Part shown: positions 39,925-58,496 of the stretch, piece after piece
Numbering within the stretch: the stretch's first letter is position 1
How the letters are laid out: every line of letters starts with the position of its first letter
Notes under the pieces: generated by a model
Databases searched by the model: none
Told to the model about the DNA's origin: nothing
The model's input: the letters and a program-made list of their open reading frames with translations, nothing else
Assembly: GCA_038919385.1 (NCBI GenBank)
Contig: JBCKZH010000003.1
Coordinates: 1,207 to 65,206, forward strand
Direction of reading: 5' to 3'
DNA: 64,000 bases
Source of the DNA: Vicinamibacterales bacterium
GTDB taxonomy: Bacteria; Acidobacteriota; Vicinamibacteria; Vicinamibacterales; UBA2999
Translations under genes and position numbers: made by a program

Positions 39925-40340
39925 CTAACGTGCGGCCCTGGTAGTCGATTTTCCCGGAGATCGCCGCTTCCGTGAGGACGCGCGTGGTCTCCTCGCACCC
40001 CGGCGCGCGTATTCTGCGCGCTGGGGTGGAGCGACGCCTTGGTGATGCCGAGCAGCAGCGGCTGCGCGGTGGCCGGACGGCCGCTGTTGTTGATGACCCG
40101 CTCGTTCTCTTCCATGAACCGGAACTTGTCGACTTGCTCGTCGACCAGGAATTCCGTGTCGCCGACATCCTCGACGCGCACCCACCGCATCATCTGGCGC
40201 GTGATCACCTCGATGTGCTTGTCGCTCGCACCCCAGCGCACACAGTCCGCGCGCCGGGGGCCCCGCGATGATGTTCACGCCCTGTAGCCGGCAGACCTCC
40301 TGGATCTCGTTCTCGCTGATCACGGCCGGATCGCTGAACA
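39925..40340 (-). pseudogene. decayed partial duplicate of the rpoC 3' region
   Basis: Direct DNA alignment to 40827-41407 of the real gene. Protein scraps DPAVISE / [14 protein letters not shown] / [44 protein letters not shown] / [17 protein letters not shown] lie in three frames. About 230 bp are deleted, one 38-nt block is replaced, one 44-nt insertion is present, and the last 71 codons are missing. Confidence 0.9.
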
Positions 40341-40525
40341 ATCTGATACGTCGATTCAAATGACGGGGGTACGAGAGCAGGCACCGAGCCAGCGGCCAAA
40401 TGGAGCGCGCGACTAGCGCGGACAGTCGGCGGCGGCTCGATATCCAGCCGCCTTTACATCTGCTTCAGTCAAAAACACAGCCACGCAGTTCCTGCAAGAA
40501 TAATTGCGGCAGGCGGCCGAATGAT

Positions 40526-40561
40526 AGAAAAGGACACAGAGAAAATGACTTCTCTGTGTCC
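40526..40561 (-). terminator. Rho-independent terminator of the rpoBC operon
   Basis: Minus strand: GGACACAGAGAA-gtcatt-TTCTCTGTGTCC (perfect 12-bp stem) followed by TTTTCTATCATT, about 50 nt after the rpoC stop. Confidence 0.85.
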
Positions 40562-40612
40562 TCTGTGTACTCTGTGGCTAACGTCCGTAGACAGGCAACC
40601 TCCACCGGGTTA

Positions 40613-49128
<8,516 letters not shown>

Positions 49129-49190
49129 GCGTCGCTCGGGATCCCGGAGGGTGAAAAATACGGCTTAACTTTGTCCGCGTCGGTCGAGTG

Positions 49191-49583
<393 letters not shown>

Positions 49584-49643
49584 TGCTATCGCTCCTTAAA
49601 AAAAGACCACAGACTTGGGGCTCGAGGCTTGCGGCCTCTGCCC

Positions 49644-50171
49644 TTACGATTCCTTGCGTTTTTCTTCCGCCTGCACGAGCACGCTCATCAGATCTCTCGG
49701 CACTGCGTTCAGCACGCGCACCAGGTTGACCATCGGCGCCTGGAGGAGGAAGAGCAGCTTCGCGTAGAGTTCCGGCTTGCCCGGCAGGGTGGCGAGGCTC
49801 GCCACTTCCGCCGCTGTCAGGGTCTGCCCCTGCACCACCGCCGCCTTGATTTGCAGCGCCGGCACGGTCTTCATGAAAATGGTCAGCGTCTTCGCCAACG
49901 CCACCGGATCGCCGTCGGTGTAGACGATGCCCGTCGTGCCCTCGAAGTGCGACGACAGCATCTCGTAGGCGGTGCCCTTGAGGGCGCGCTTCGCCAGCGA
50001 GTTCTTGACGACCTTGTAGTTGGCCTTCGACTTGCGCAGCTGGGAGCGAAACTCGGTCACCTGCGGCACGTTGATGCCCTTGTAGTCCAGCAGGATCGCC
50101 ACTTCGGCGCCCTTGAACAGGCCTTCCAGTGCTGCCACTGTGGCGGTCTTGTTGGCTCGTGTCACTGCCAT
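49644..50171 (-). CDS. rplJ: 50S ribosomal protein L10
   Basis: 175 aa, position between rplA and rpl[21 protein letters not shown]. Confidence 0.93.
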   Translation of the reverse strand: MAVTRANKTATVAALEGLFKGAEVAILLDYKGINVPQVTEFRSQLRKSKANYKVVKNSLAKRALKGTAYEMLSSHFEGTTGIVYTDGDPVALAKTLTIFMKTVPALQIKAAVVQGQTLTAAEVASLATLPGKPELYAKLLFLLQAPMVNLVRVLNAVPRDLMSVLVQAEEKRKES

Positions 50172-50189
50172 GATGTCTGCTTCCCCCGC

Positions 50190-50894
50190 CTACTTCTTGG
50201 CGGCAGTTTCAATGCCGCTTTCATCGATCTTGACGCCGGGGCCCATCGTCGATGACACCGTGATGCTCTTCAGGTACTTGCCCTTCGCCGCCGCGGGCTT
50301 GGCGCGCACGACGCTGTCGATCAGCGCGGTCGCGTTGTCGACCAGGTTCTGCGACGAAAACGAAACCTTGCCGACCGGGGCATGGACGATACCGGTCTTG
50401 TCGACGCGGAATTCCACCTTGCCGGCCTTGATTTCCTTCACCGCCTGCGCCACGTTCGGCGTCACGGTGCCGGTCTTCGGGTTCGGCATCAGGCCGCGGG
50501 GACCGAGCACCTTGCCCAGCTTGCCGACCGCACGCATCATGTCGGGCGTCGCCACGACCGCATCAAAGGCGGTCCAGCCACCGTTGATCTTCTCGACCAG
50601 CTCCTCGCCGCCGACGATGTCGGCGCCGGCTTCGGTGGCTTCCTTCTGCTTGTCGGGGCCCGCGATCACCAGCACGGTTTTCGACTTGCCGAGGCCGTGC
50701 GGCAGGACGACCGTGCCGCGCACCATCTGGTCGGCGTGCTTCGGGTCGACGCCGAGGCGAATCGACAGCGCCACGGTTTCGTCGAACTTCGCGAACGTGA
50801 TCTTCTGCACGAGCGGGAGGGCGTCAGCCAGTGGATAGACCTTGTTCTCCACTTGTCCGAGGGCCGCCGTGTACTTCTTGCCGTGTGTTCTCAT
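50190..50894 (-). CDS. rplA: 50S ribosomal protein L1
   Basis: 234 aa. [34 protein letters not shown]. Confidence 0.95.
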   Translation of the reverse strand: MRTHGKKYTAALGQVENKVYPLADALPLVQKITFAKFDETVALSIRLGVDPKHADQMVRGTVVLPHGLGKSKTVLVIAGPDKQKEATEAGADIVGGEELVEKINGGWTAFDAVVATPDMMRAVGKLGKVLGPRGLMPNPKTGTVTPNVAQAVKEIKAGKVEFRVDKTGIVHAPVGKVSFSSQNLVDNATALIDSVVRAKPAAAKGKYLKSITVSSTMGPGVKIDESGIETAAKK

Positions 50895-50947
50895 GTTTCT
50901 CCAACCGTGGTGTTAACGGGTGGCCGCAGCCAGCCCTCCCACCGTGC

Positions 50948-51373
50948 CTATCCGACTACGTCGAGTCCCATCGACCGCGCCGTGCCGGACACGGTGCGGA
51001 CCGCCGATTCGATCGAATCGGTGTTGAGGTCGGGCATCTTCAGCTTGGCGATCTCCTCGACCTGCTTCGCCGTGACCGTGCCGACCTTGTTCTTGTTGGG
51101 CACCGCGGAGCCCTTGGCGAGGCCCGCCGCGCGCTTGAGTAGAATCGACGCTGGCGGCGTCTTGGTGATGAACGTGTACGAGCGGTCCGAATAAATCGTC
51201 ACCACCGCGGGGATGATCAGCCCTTCGTCCTTGGCCGTCTTCGCGTTGAAGGCCTTGACGAAGTCCATGATGTTGACGCCGTGCGGACCGAGCGCCGTGC
51301 CCACGGGCGGGGCCGGAGTGGCCTTGCCAGCGGGAATCTGGAGCTTCACCATCGCCTGAATTTTTTTCGCCAT
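50948..51373 (-). CDS. rplK: 50S ribosomal protein L11
   Basis: 141 aa. [34 protein letters not shown]. Confidence 0.96.
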   Translation of the reverse strand: MAKKIQAMVKLQIPAGKATPAPPVGTALGPHGVNIMDFVKAFNAKTAKDEGLIIPAVVTIYSDRSYTFITKTPPASILLKRAAGLAKGSAVPNKNKVGTVTAKQVEEIAKLKMPDLNTDSIESAVRTVSGTARSMGLDVVG

Positions 51374-51915
51374 TACAGTTTCTCAACCTGCAGAAAATCG
51401 AGCTCCACCGGGGTGGCGCGGCCGAAGATGGTCACCATGACCTTCAGCGTGTTCTTCTCGACGTTGACCTCGTCCACCGCGCCGTTGAAGCCCGTGAACG
51501 GACCCTCGTTGATGCGCACATGGTCGCCCTTGTCGAACATGTACTTCGGCTTTGGCTTCTCCGCCGCCGTCTTGACCTGGTCGAGAATCTGCTCGACCTC
51601 TTCCTTTGTGAGCGGCGTCGGCTTGGCGCCAGCGCCGACAAATCCGGTGACCTTCGGCGTGTTCTTGACCACGTGCCACGCATTGTCGGTCATGGTCATC
51701 TCGACCAGGATGTAGCCGGGGAAGAAGCGCTTCGACGAGACCACCTTGCGGCCCCCGCGCATCTCGACGACGTCCTCGGTCGGGATCAGGATTTCGCCGA
51801 TCTCGTCGGCGAGTCCGTACGCCTTCTTGCGCTCTTCGAGCGATTCCGAAACCTTCTTTTCAAAGCCCGAATAGGTGTGGACGATGTACCAGCTCTTGGT
51901 GGCGACGTCAGTCAT
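51373..51915 (-). CDS. nusG: transcription termination/antitermination factor NusG
   Basis: ORF 51373..52113. Homology starts at the internal Met [22 protein letters not shown] (51915). KOW motif [21 protein letters not shown]. Confidence 0.94.
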   Translation of the reverse strand: MTDVATKSWYIVHTYSGFEKKVSESLEERKKAYGLADEIGEILIPTEDVVEMRGGRKVVSSKRFFPGYILVEMTMTDNAWHVVKNTPKVTGFVGAGAKPTPLTKEEVEQILDQVKTAAEKPKPKYMFDKGDHVRINEGPFTGFNGAVDEVNVEKNTLKVMVTIFGRATPVELDFLQVEKL

Positions 51916-52172
51916 TACGCGCCCCCGAAGCGGCGAAACACCCATTCGGCCGCGCGACCGAACAGCAAGTCGACGCCAAACAGGTAGACCCCGAAAAACA
52001 CCGACGTGAGAATCACCACCACGGTCGTCGCATAGACCTCGCGCTGCGTGGGCCACGTGACCCGCTTCATCTCGTTGCGCACCTCGGAGAAAAACTCTCC
52101 CGCGCGCTGCCACCAGCCCAGCGGCCCCGACGGGGTCCGCTCGCCGGCTTGTTCAATCGTCTCGGTGCTCAT
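51915..52172 (-). CDS. secE: preprotein translocase subunit SecE
   Basis: ORF 51915..52256. The likely start is the internal Met (MSTETIEQ...). [42 protein letters not shown] is the SecE signature. The upper part of the ORF would overlap tRNA-Trp. Confidence 0.9.
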   Translation of the reverse strand: MSTETIEQAGERTPSGPLGWWQRAGEFFSEVRNEMKRVTWPTQREVYATTVVVILTSVFFGVYLFGVDLLFGRAAEWVFRRFGGA

Positions 52173-52226
52173 CGGTTCGCAGTGTTCTTTCTGCTTCGCA
52201 GTTGTGTCGCGTGCCGCGGCGCTGGA

Positions 52227-52302
52227 TGGCAGGCCAGGAGGGAATCGAACCCCCAACCCCCGGTTTTGGAGACCGGTGCTCTGCCAATTGAGCTACTGGC
52301 CT
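52227..52302 (-). tRNA. tRNA-Trp (anticodon CCA), CCA end encoded
   Basis: Hand-folded: AGGCCAG/CTGGCCT acceptor, CCGGT-CTCCAAA-ACCGG anticodon arm, GGTTCGATTCC T-loop. Confidence 0.93.
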
Positions 52303-52308
52303 ACGCGC

Positions 52309-52458
52309 CTACTTCTGCTCCTTGTGCGGCTGGTGTTTCCGGCAGAAGCGGCAGTACTTCTTCATTTCCAGCCGCTCGGTCGTCTTCTTCTTGTTCTTGG
52401 TCGTGCTGTAGTTCCGGCGCTTGCACTCGCCGCACGCCAACTGGATGATGTCTCTCAT
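52309..52458 (-). CDS. rpmG: 50S ribosomal protein L33 (zinc type)
   Basis: Own translation; below the ORF-track cutoff: [49 protein letters not shown]. Confidence 0.92.
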   Translation of the reverse strand: MRDIIQLACGECKRRNYSTTKNKKKTTERLEMKKYCRFCRKHQPHKEQK

Positions 52459-52482
52459 TAGCCGTAAATCCTTGTCGGGATC

Positions 52483-52519
52483 CGGGGTCCGGGACCCGGA
52501 AACCGGATCCCGGACCCCG
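52483..52519 (-). other. 17-bp GC-rich stem-loop between tuf and rpmG (no U-tract; processing or attenuation element?)
   Basis: cggggtccgggacccgg-aaa-ccggatcccggaccccg, one mismatch, read directly. Confidence 0.5.
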
Positions 52520-52527
52520 TCAAGCGA

Positions 52528-53727
52528 CTATTCGATGACTTCGGTAACCGAACCGGCGCCGACCGTGCGACCGCCTTCGCGAATCGCGAAGCGGGCGCCC
52601 TGCTCGAGGGCCACCGGAGCAATCAACTCGACGGTCACGCTGGTATTGTCGCCGGGCATGATCATCTCGACGCCTTCGTTGAGGTTCAGCGTGCCGGTGA
52701 CGTCGGTCGTCCGCAGGTAGAACTGCGGGCGGTAGCCGTTGAAGAACGGGGTGTGACGGCCGCCCTCTTCCTTCGACAGCACGTAGACTTCGGCCTTGAA
52801 CTTGGTGTGCGGCTTGATCGACCCGGGCTTGGCCAGCACCTGGCCGCGCTCGATGTCGTCCTTTTCCACGCCGCGCAGCAGCACGCCGACGTTGTCGCCC
52901 GCCTGGCCCGAATCGAGCAGCTTGCGGAACATCTCGACGCCGGTGACCACCTTCTTCTCGCTGGGCTTGAAGCCGACGATTTCGATTTCCTCGCCGACCT
53001 TGACCTGGCCACGCTCGATCCGGCCGGTGACCACCGTGCCGCGGCCCGAGATCGAGAACACGTCTTCGATCGGCATCAGGAACGGCTTGTCGATGTCGCG
53101 TTGCGGCATCGGAATGTAGGTGTCGAGCGCATCCATCAGCTTGCTGACCGATTCCACGCCCTTGGGGTCGCCGTTGATGGCGCCCAGCGCCGACACGCGC
53201 ACCACCGGGACGTCGTCACCAGGGAAGCCGTAGCTCTTGAGCAGCTCGCGCACTTCGAGTTCGACCAGGTCGACCAGTTCCATGTCGTCCACCGCGTCGA
53301 CCTTGTTCAGGGCGACGACGAGGTACGGCACGTTGACCTGCTTGGCGAGCAGCACGTGCTCGCGCGTTTGCGGCATCGGGCCGTCGATGCAGCTCACCAC
53401 GAGGATGGCGGCGTCCATCTGCGCCGCGCCGGTGATCATGTTCTTGATGTAGTCAGCGTGGCCCGGGCAATCGACGTGCGCGTAGTGCCGGTTGGCGGTG
53501 CTGTATTCCACGTGCGCCGTGGCGATCGTCAAGATCTTGGTCTCGTCGCGGCGCCCCTGCGACTCGGACGCCTTGGCGACCTGGTCGTACGGGACGTACT
53601 TGCCCCAGCCCTTGTCGGCCGACACCTTGGTCAAGGCCGCGGTGAGCGTAGTCTTGCCGTGGTCGATGTGGCCAATGGTGCCGACGTTCACGTGTGGTTT
53701 GGACCGATCGAATTTCTCTTTCGCCAT
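52528..53727 (-). CDS. tuf: elongation factor Tu
   Basis: 399 aa. [43 protein letters not shown]. Confidence 0.98.
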   Translation of the reverse strand: MAKEKFDRSKPHVNVGTIGHIDHGKTTLTAALTKVSADKGWGKYVPYDQVAKASESQGRRDETKILTIATAHVEYSTANRHYAHVDCPGHADYIKNMITGAAQMDAAILVVSCIDGPMPQTREHVLLAKQVNVPYLVVALNKVDAVDDMELVDLVELEVRELLKSYGFPGDDVPVVRVSALGAINGDPKGVESVSKLMDALDTYIPMPQRDIDKPFLMPIEDVFSISGRGTVVTGRIERGQVKVGEEIEIVGFKPSEKKVVTGVEMFRKLLDSGQAGDNVGVLLRGVEKDDIERGQVLAKPGSIKPHTKFKAEVYVLSKEEGGRHTPFFNGYRPQFYLRTTDVTGTLNLNEGVEMIMPGDNTSVTVELIAPVALEQGARFAIREGGRTVGAGSVTEVIE

Positions 53728-53934
53728 GACTCGTCTGCGCTCGCTTCCTTACGACCCGGCTTCGTGCCGGCGTCGGTTGAGAGTGTTACTGCCCATCCGG
53801 CTGGGCTCGCCAACCGAAGCTCGAACCATTCAACCTGTGGCCTGCCATCCGTAGCTCAAGCCGGTGCCTGCGGCCCACCGCCGCTCGCTTCGCGAGCTAT
53901 GGTGGGCATCCTTCGCGCACATCCGAGCGAAGGA

Positions 53935-54010
53935 TGGAGCTGATGACCGGAATCGAACCGGTGACCTCGTCCTTACCAAGGACGTGCTCTGCCAACTGAG
54001 CTACATCAGC
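53935..54010 (-). tRNA. tRNA-Thr (anticodon GGT), CCA encoded
   Basis: Hand-folded 76 nt: GCTGATG/CATCAGC acceptor, CGTCC-TTGGTAA-GGACG, ACCGG-TTCGATT-CCGGT. Confidence 0.93.
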
Positions 54011-54128
54011 CTTCGCGCCTTCCACCGTCGCCTCTCGGCTATGGTGGACAGGTCGGCGCTTCGGCCGACAAGTCAGCCTGTCGCTGGCTTGCCAGCCATC
54101 GCTCGCAAGCAATCCTGCGAGCGGAGGC

Positions 54129-54203
54129 TGGAGCGGGAGACGGGGATCGAACCCGCGACCAACAGCTTGGAAGGCTGTGACTCTACCACTGAGTTACTCC
54201 CGC
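54129..54203 (-). tRNA. tRNA-Gly (anticodon TCC), CCA encoded
   Basis: Hand-folded 75 nt: GCGGGAG/CTCCCGC acceptor, ACAGC-CTTCCAA-GCTGT anticodon arm. Confidence 0.93.
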
Positions 54204-54408
54204 CTTCGTTCGCCGGAGCGCCTCCGGCGCCTACCGAACTTCGGCGGGCAAGCCCGCCTGCCGCACCCGTTACTCCTCGCACTCGACCTGGGCCTCATTA
54301 CCACATGGAACGCCTTGCCCTTGGCGTCCCTTTGCGCCCTCCGCGACACCTGCGAAGGTTGGCTTGCCAACCGAAGCTCGCTGCCCTGCGTGCGCAGCGA
54401 GCGAAGGT

Positions 54409-54495
54409 TGGTGGGCAGGGAAGGATTCGAACCTTCGTAGCCACTGGGGCGACAGATTTACAGTCTGTTGCGATTGACCGCTCCGCCACCTGCCC
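54409..54495 (-). tRNA. tRNA-Tyr (anticodon GTA), long variable arm, CCA encoded
   Basis: GGGCAGG/CCTGCCC acceptor, CAGA-CTGTAAA-TCTG anticodon arm, GAAGG-TTCGAAT-CCTTC T arm. Confidence 0.9.
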
Positions 54496-54555
54496 CTTGT
54501 CTTGTCGGATGACCCCTGTTGCTGCCCCGTCCTGGCCCAGCGCTGCTCAAAAAGA

Positions 54556-54632
54556 TGGAGCTGGCGAAGGGATTTGAACCCCCGACCGGCTGATTACAAA
54601 TCAGCTGCTCTACCGGGCTGAGCTACGCCAGC
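54556..54632 (-). tRNA. tRNA-Thr (anticodon TGT), CCA encoded
   Basis: GCTGGCG/CGCCAGC acceptor, GCTGA-TTTGTAA-TCAGC anticodon arm, GGTTCAAATCC T-loop. Confidence 0.9.
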
Positions 54633-54647
54633 CTAGACAAAACTGGA

Positions 54648-54677
54648 ATACTAGCACGACTTGTGCCAGTTACGCAA
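54648..54677 (-). promoter_or_regulatory. candidate sigma-70-type promoter of the tRNA-tuf transcription unit
   Basis: Minus strand: TTGCGT-18 nt-TAGTAT, ending 15 nt before the first tRNA. Pattern match only. Confidence 0.35.
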
Positions 54678-54743
54678 ACGGAAGGGACACTGCTCTCTAG
54701 GAACCAATCCTCATCTCCTCCGGGGTGCAATCGGCCGTGGTCC

Positions 54744-55481
54744 CTATGACCCTGGCCTCCCCCGGCTCCGGCTCCGCCGCTGCCTGACCGCCTCATACAA
54801 GACGATCGCAGTTGCGGCCGAAACATTAAGACTTCCCACGTGGCCAAGCATGGGAATGCTGACCACCTGGTCGCACCGTTCCCTCACGAGCCGCCGTAGC
54901 CCGTGACCCTCGGCGCCTACTACCAACGCCGTCGGAAGGGTGAGATCCCATTCATAGTAGGACATTTTCGCGTCGGCGTCGAGTCCCACCGTCCACACCC
55001 CCGCTTTCTTGAGCTCGTCGAGGGACCGGGCAATGTTCACGACGTCGGCGACCGGCACGTAGTTCACGGCTCCGGCCGAGGCCTTGGCCGCCGCCCCGTC
55101 CAGGGCCGCTGCCCGGCGGGTCTGCCGGATCACCCCGGTCGCGCCCGAGGCGTCCACCGTACGCAGGATGGCGCCAACGTTCTGGGGATCCTCGACTTCG
55201 TCCAGGACCACGATCAGGGGCGGGCCAGTGGCGCCGCGCACCAGTTCATCGAGCGTCACTTCGTCTCGCTTGGCGACATCAGCCACGACGCCCTGGTGCG
55301 CGCCACCCCTCGATTGGTTGTCGAGCACGTCACGCGCCACACGCCGCACCCGCACGCCGTGATGCGCCGCGTCATCCAGCAGGCGCTGCAAGCGGTCGTC
55401 CGACCGCTCGGCCACGCGAATCTCCCTCACGCGGCCGCTCTTGATGGCCTCAGCGACCGGGTTGATGCCGTAGATGAGCAT
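54744..55481 (-). CDS. rlmB: SpoU/TrmH-family 23S rRNA 2'-O-methyltransferase (RlmB-like)
   Basis: 245 aa. HQGVVA, LDEVEDPQNVGAILRT, LVVGAEGHGLRRLVRERCD, IPMLGHVGSLNVSAATAIVLYE. Confidence 0.85.
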   Translation of the reverse strand: MLIYGINPVAEAIKSGRVREIRVAERSDDRLQRLLDDAAHHGVRVRRVARDVLDNQSRGGAHQGVVADVAKRDEVTLDELVRGATGPPLIVVLDEVEDPQNVGAILRTVDASGATGVIRQTRRAAALDGAAAKASAGAVNYVPVADVVNIARSLDELKKAGVWTVGLDADAKMSYYEWDLTLPTALVVGAEGHGLRRLVRERCDQVVSIPMLGHVGSLNVSAATAIVLYEAVRQRRSRSRGRPGS

Positions 55482-55494
55482 GGGGATTGGACGT

Positions 55495-58485
55495 CTATCG
55501 TTTCGGCGTGACCAGCTGCTCCACGTCGTGCATCCGCCCGTTCGCCATCACCTTGCGGACCTTGACAGTGTTCGCGATGTTGGCGAGCGGGTCGCCGTCG
55601 ATCATGATGATGTCGGCCAGCTTGCCGGCCTCGATCGTCCCGGCATTCAGGGCGAGTGCCTTCGCGGGATTCACCGTGGCCGTCTTCAGGATGTCGAACG
55701 GTGCCATGCCTGCCATGCGGTACGACATCAGCTCACCGTGGAGGTTGATGGCATTGGGCGTGTCGGTGCCCGCGACCACCAGGCCGCCGGCCTTCATGAT
55801 GTCGAGCACCATCTTGCCGCTGGGGCCCGCCGGGTCGCCACCGCCGCCGGGGTTGGCAGAGGCTGGTTGCGCGGCCACCTGGCGCTGGATCCAACCCGGA
55901 TAGAGCTTGAATCGCGCATCCAGCTTCAGCGTGGGATCGTCCTCGAACAGCTTGCGCGCGCCGCTGCCGGAGATCATCGGGCAGAAGATGCGCTGGCTCT
56001 TGCCGAACAGCTGCACCACGTCTTGGTAGGCGGTCTGCAGCGTGGCCTGCTTCGGCGAGTAGCCGCGGCGGCTGGTCGCTGCCGTGTGCTCGGTGTTATC
56101 GACGCCGACGAGCGAGGCCGGCCAGATCTCGTGGGTGGCCACCGGCACGCCGATGCTGTGCGCGAACTCCACCATGCGCTTCTGCTGCAGGTCCGGCAGG
56201 CGCACGTAGCTCTTGATCAGATCGTGCTCGAGCACCTTCGCGCGCTGCAATTCCATTTCGAACTGGCTGACGTTCGAAATGGCGATGCCCATCTTGTAAT
56301 AGACACGGTTCCATTCCATCAGGTAACCGGTGCCATAGACCCGTGGGCCCGGGCGCACACCGGCCTCGTTCGCCTCGCGATCCTCCACGGCTTCGTACGG
56401 CGTGTTGCCCGGACTGCGCACCGTCGTCACGCCGAACGCGAGCCACGCCCGGCCCTGGGCTTCGCCGTAGTCCTTCTGCAAGTGCGAGTGGAATTCGACG
56501 AGGCCCGGCATCACCGTGAGGTGTGACGCGTCCACCACCGTCGCCTTCGCATGATTGGCGGCCGCATGGGCCACCACCGAGACGATCTGGTTCCCGACCA
56601 CCGTGATGTCGACGTTCGTGCGGGGCGTCGCGCTCTTCATGTCGAGCAGGCGGCCGGCATGGATCACCGTGCGGGTCTTCGGGATCGCCGGTGTCCACGT
56701 CAGGCTGAGCGGCACCGTTCGGCTCTCGCCGGTCTCGATGTCAACGATGCGCAGCCGATCGAGCGACTGATAGAGGAGGTGGCGCGAATCGCCCTGCCAG
56801 CTCGGCGCATGCGCACTCTCGGACGTGACGCGCCGCGGCGGCCCCAGCGGCTCGCCGCTCGCCGCCACCGGCCACACCGACAGCACGCCCTCGTAGATCG
56901 CCGCCATTTTGGTGCCATCCGGCGACCACACCGGCCCGCCGCCACCGCGCGAGTCGATCGAGAGCATCGGGATCGGCGCGTACCACTTGACGTCGCCACC
57001 CGAAGCCGACATCGTCTGCACCTGGTTGGTGCCCTCGCGGAATCGCACGGTCATGGGGGCAATGCCGGCGAGCGCGATGCGTTTGCCATCCGGCGACCAG
57101 GTGGGCGTGCCGGGCTGGGGCAGCGAGTCGTGGATCTTGGTGACGCGCCCGCTGTCGAGGTCGAGAATCGACATCTCGGCGACGCGCCACATGCCATCGA
57201 CATTGAAGAACACGAGGCGCTTGCCATCGGGCGAGAACGAGGCGCCCTGCGGCTGCGTGGCCAGGTTCGTCACCTTGCGGCTCTGGCCGCTCTTCAGGTC
57301 GCGGATCCACAACTGCAACTGCTCGCTGTCTTTGTCCGATGAATACACCAGCGACGAGCCATCGGGCGACCACGACGGATCCGTGTCGAGCGCGGCGTCT
57401 CTCGTCACGTTCACGGCCGCGCCCCCGATCGGCATCACGTAGATGTCGCCGACGGCGGCAAAGGCGATCTGCGTGCCGTCTGGCGAAATCACCGGCCGGA
57501 CGATGCCGAGTGCCTTGCGCGGCGCCGGCGACGTGAAGTCGCGGACGCGCCGGACATACTGCGGACGCGTGACCTGCATAGTCGCCGTGAAGTCGAGGGT
57601 CTGCATGGGCAGGCCGGCCACCGACCGCTTACGAATCTTGCCGTCCGACACGTAGATGAACTCCGTCGCCGAGGCCCACGAGGCGCGGAAGGCGAACACA
57701 TTCTCGGCCCCCGTGATCGGTTTGCCATCGAGCTCGAATCGGGTCTGGTTGCCTGCGGTCACGTGATACAGCAGGTGACCGCCCGGGCCCCACGACGGGG
57801 CATCGACGCGCGCGCCGGCTACGGTGCGCACCTTACGCTCCGCACCGGTGGCGGCGTTGATCACCCACACCCCGTCGTAAGCGTCACGTGATGAAGCAAA
57901 CGCGATTTCGGTGTCGTCGGGAGACCAGCTCGGCATGAAGTCTTCGCCGGGGGACTTCGTGATTTGCGTGATGGCGCCGGACCGTGTGTCGAGCATCCAG
58001 AGGTTGTAGTCGCTGCCAAGCGGGTTGCCGCGGTCGGATGAGAAGGCGACGCGGGTGCCGTCGTGCGACCAGATTGGCTCGCGATCGTCGAAGGTGCCCC
58101 AGGTGACCTTGCGCTGGTTGGAGCCGTCCGGGTTGACCGACCAGATGTCGTAGCCACCGTCGCGATACGCGAAGAAGGTAATGGTGCGGCCGTCTGGCGA
58201 CCACATCGGCTGACGCGCGTCGTTGAACACGTCGGTGATGCGGGTCATCGCGCCACCAGCGGCCGGGAGCGTCCAGATGCTGCCCTGCATGTCAGTGGCC
58301 ATCGTGCGGCCATCGGGCGACACCGCGACCGACATCGAGGTGCCCTCGCTGACGGTGACGTCGATCGGAGTCGCGGTGGCCGCCGCGGCGCGGCGAGCCG
58401 CAGGCTTCTGTTGGGCCTGGGCGACGAGGCCGGCGACCATCGCACCCATGACGAGCAGCATGAATTGGCGCTTCATGGGGCGCAT
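55495..58485 (-). CDS. secreted PD40/TolB-like beta-propeller(s) fused to a C-terminal metal-dependent amidohydrolase domain
   Basis: 996 aa. Signal peptide. Many (W/F)SPDG-x repeats (SPDGRTMA, WSPDGRTITF, WSHDGTRVAF, WSPDDTEIAF, WSPDGSSLVY, FSPDGKRLVF, WSPDGKRIAL, WSPDGTKMAA). Then VMPGLVEFHSHL ... VATHE ... GTD amidohydrolase blocks. Confidence 0.8.
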   Translation of the reverse strand: MRPMKRQFMLLVMGAMVAGLVAQAQQKPAARRAAAATATPIDVTVSEGTSMSVAVSPDGRTMATDMQGSIWTLPAAGGAMTRITDVFNDARQPMWSPDGRTITFFAYRDGGYDIWSVNPDGSNQRKVTWGTFDDREPIWSHDGTRVAFSSDRGNPLGSDYNLWMLDTRSGAITQITKSPGEDFMPSWSPDDTEIAFASSRDAYDGVWVINAATGAERKVRTVAGARVDAPSWGPGGHLLYHVTAGNQTRFELDGKPITGAENVFAFRASWASATEFIYVSDGKIRKRSVAGLPMQTLDFTATMQVTRPQYVRRVRDFTSPAPRKALGIVRPVISPDGTQIAFAAVGDIYVMPIGGAAVNVTRDAALDTDPSWSPDGSSLVYSSDKDSEQLQLWIRDLKSGQSRKVTNLATQPQGASFSPDGKRLVFFNVDGMWRVAEMSILDLDSGRVTKIHDSLPQPGTPTWSPDGKRIALAGIAPMTVRFREGTNQVQTMSASGGDVKWYAPIPMLSIDSRGGGGPVWSPDGTKMAAIYEGVLSVWPVAASGEPLGPPRRVTSESAHAPSWQGDSRHLLYQSLDRLRIVDIETGESRTVPLSLTWTPAIPKTRTVIHAGRLLDMKSATPRTNVDITVVGNQIVSVVAHAAANHAKATVVDASHLTVMPGLVEFHSHLQKDYGEAQGRAWLAFGVTTVRSPGNTPYEAVEDREANEAGVRPGPRVYGTGYLMEWNRVYYKMGIAISNVSQFEMELQRAKVLEHDLIKSYVRLPDLQQKRMVEFAHSIGVPVATHEIWPASLVGVDNTEHTAATSRRGYSPKQATLQTAYQDVVQLFGKSQRIFCPMISGSGARKLFEDDPTLKLDARFKLYPGWIQRQVAAQPASANPGGGGDPAGPSGKMVLDIMKAGGLVVAGTDTPNAINLHGELMSYRMAGMAPFDILKTATVNPAKALALNAGTIEAGKLADIIMIDGDPLANIANTVKVRKVMANGRMHDVEQLVTPKR

Positions 58486-58496
58486 CTTACAGGAGT

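Noticed and set aside
49584-49643. Intrinsic terminator between rplJ and rplL (GAGGC-CGCAA-GCCUC hairpin and a U7 run)
   Set aside because: The U-tract is ~19 nt away from the hairpin and sits right before the rplL Shine-Dalgarno (AAGGAG). The geometry does not fit a canonical terminator. It is noted only as part of the CAAGCC-like motif observation.
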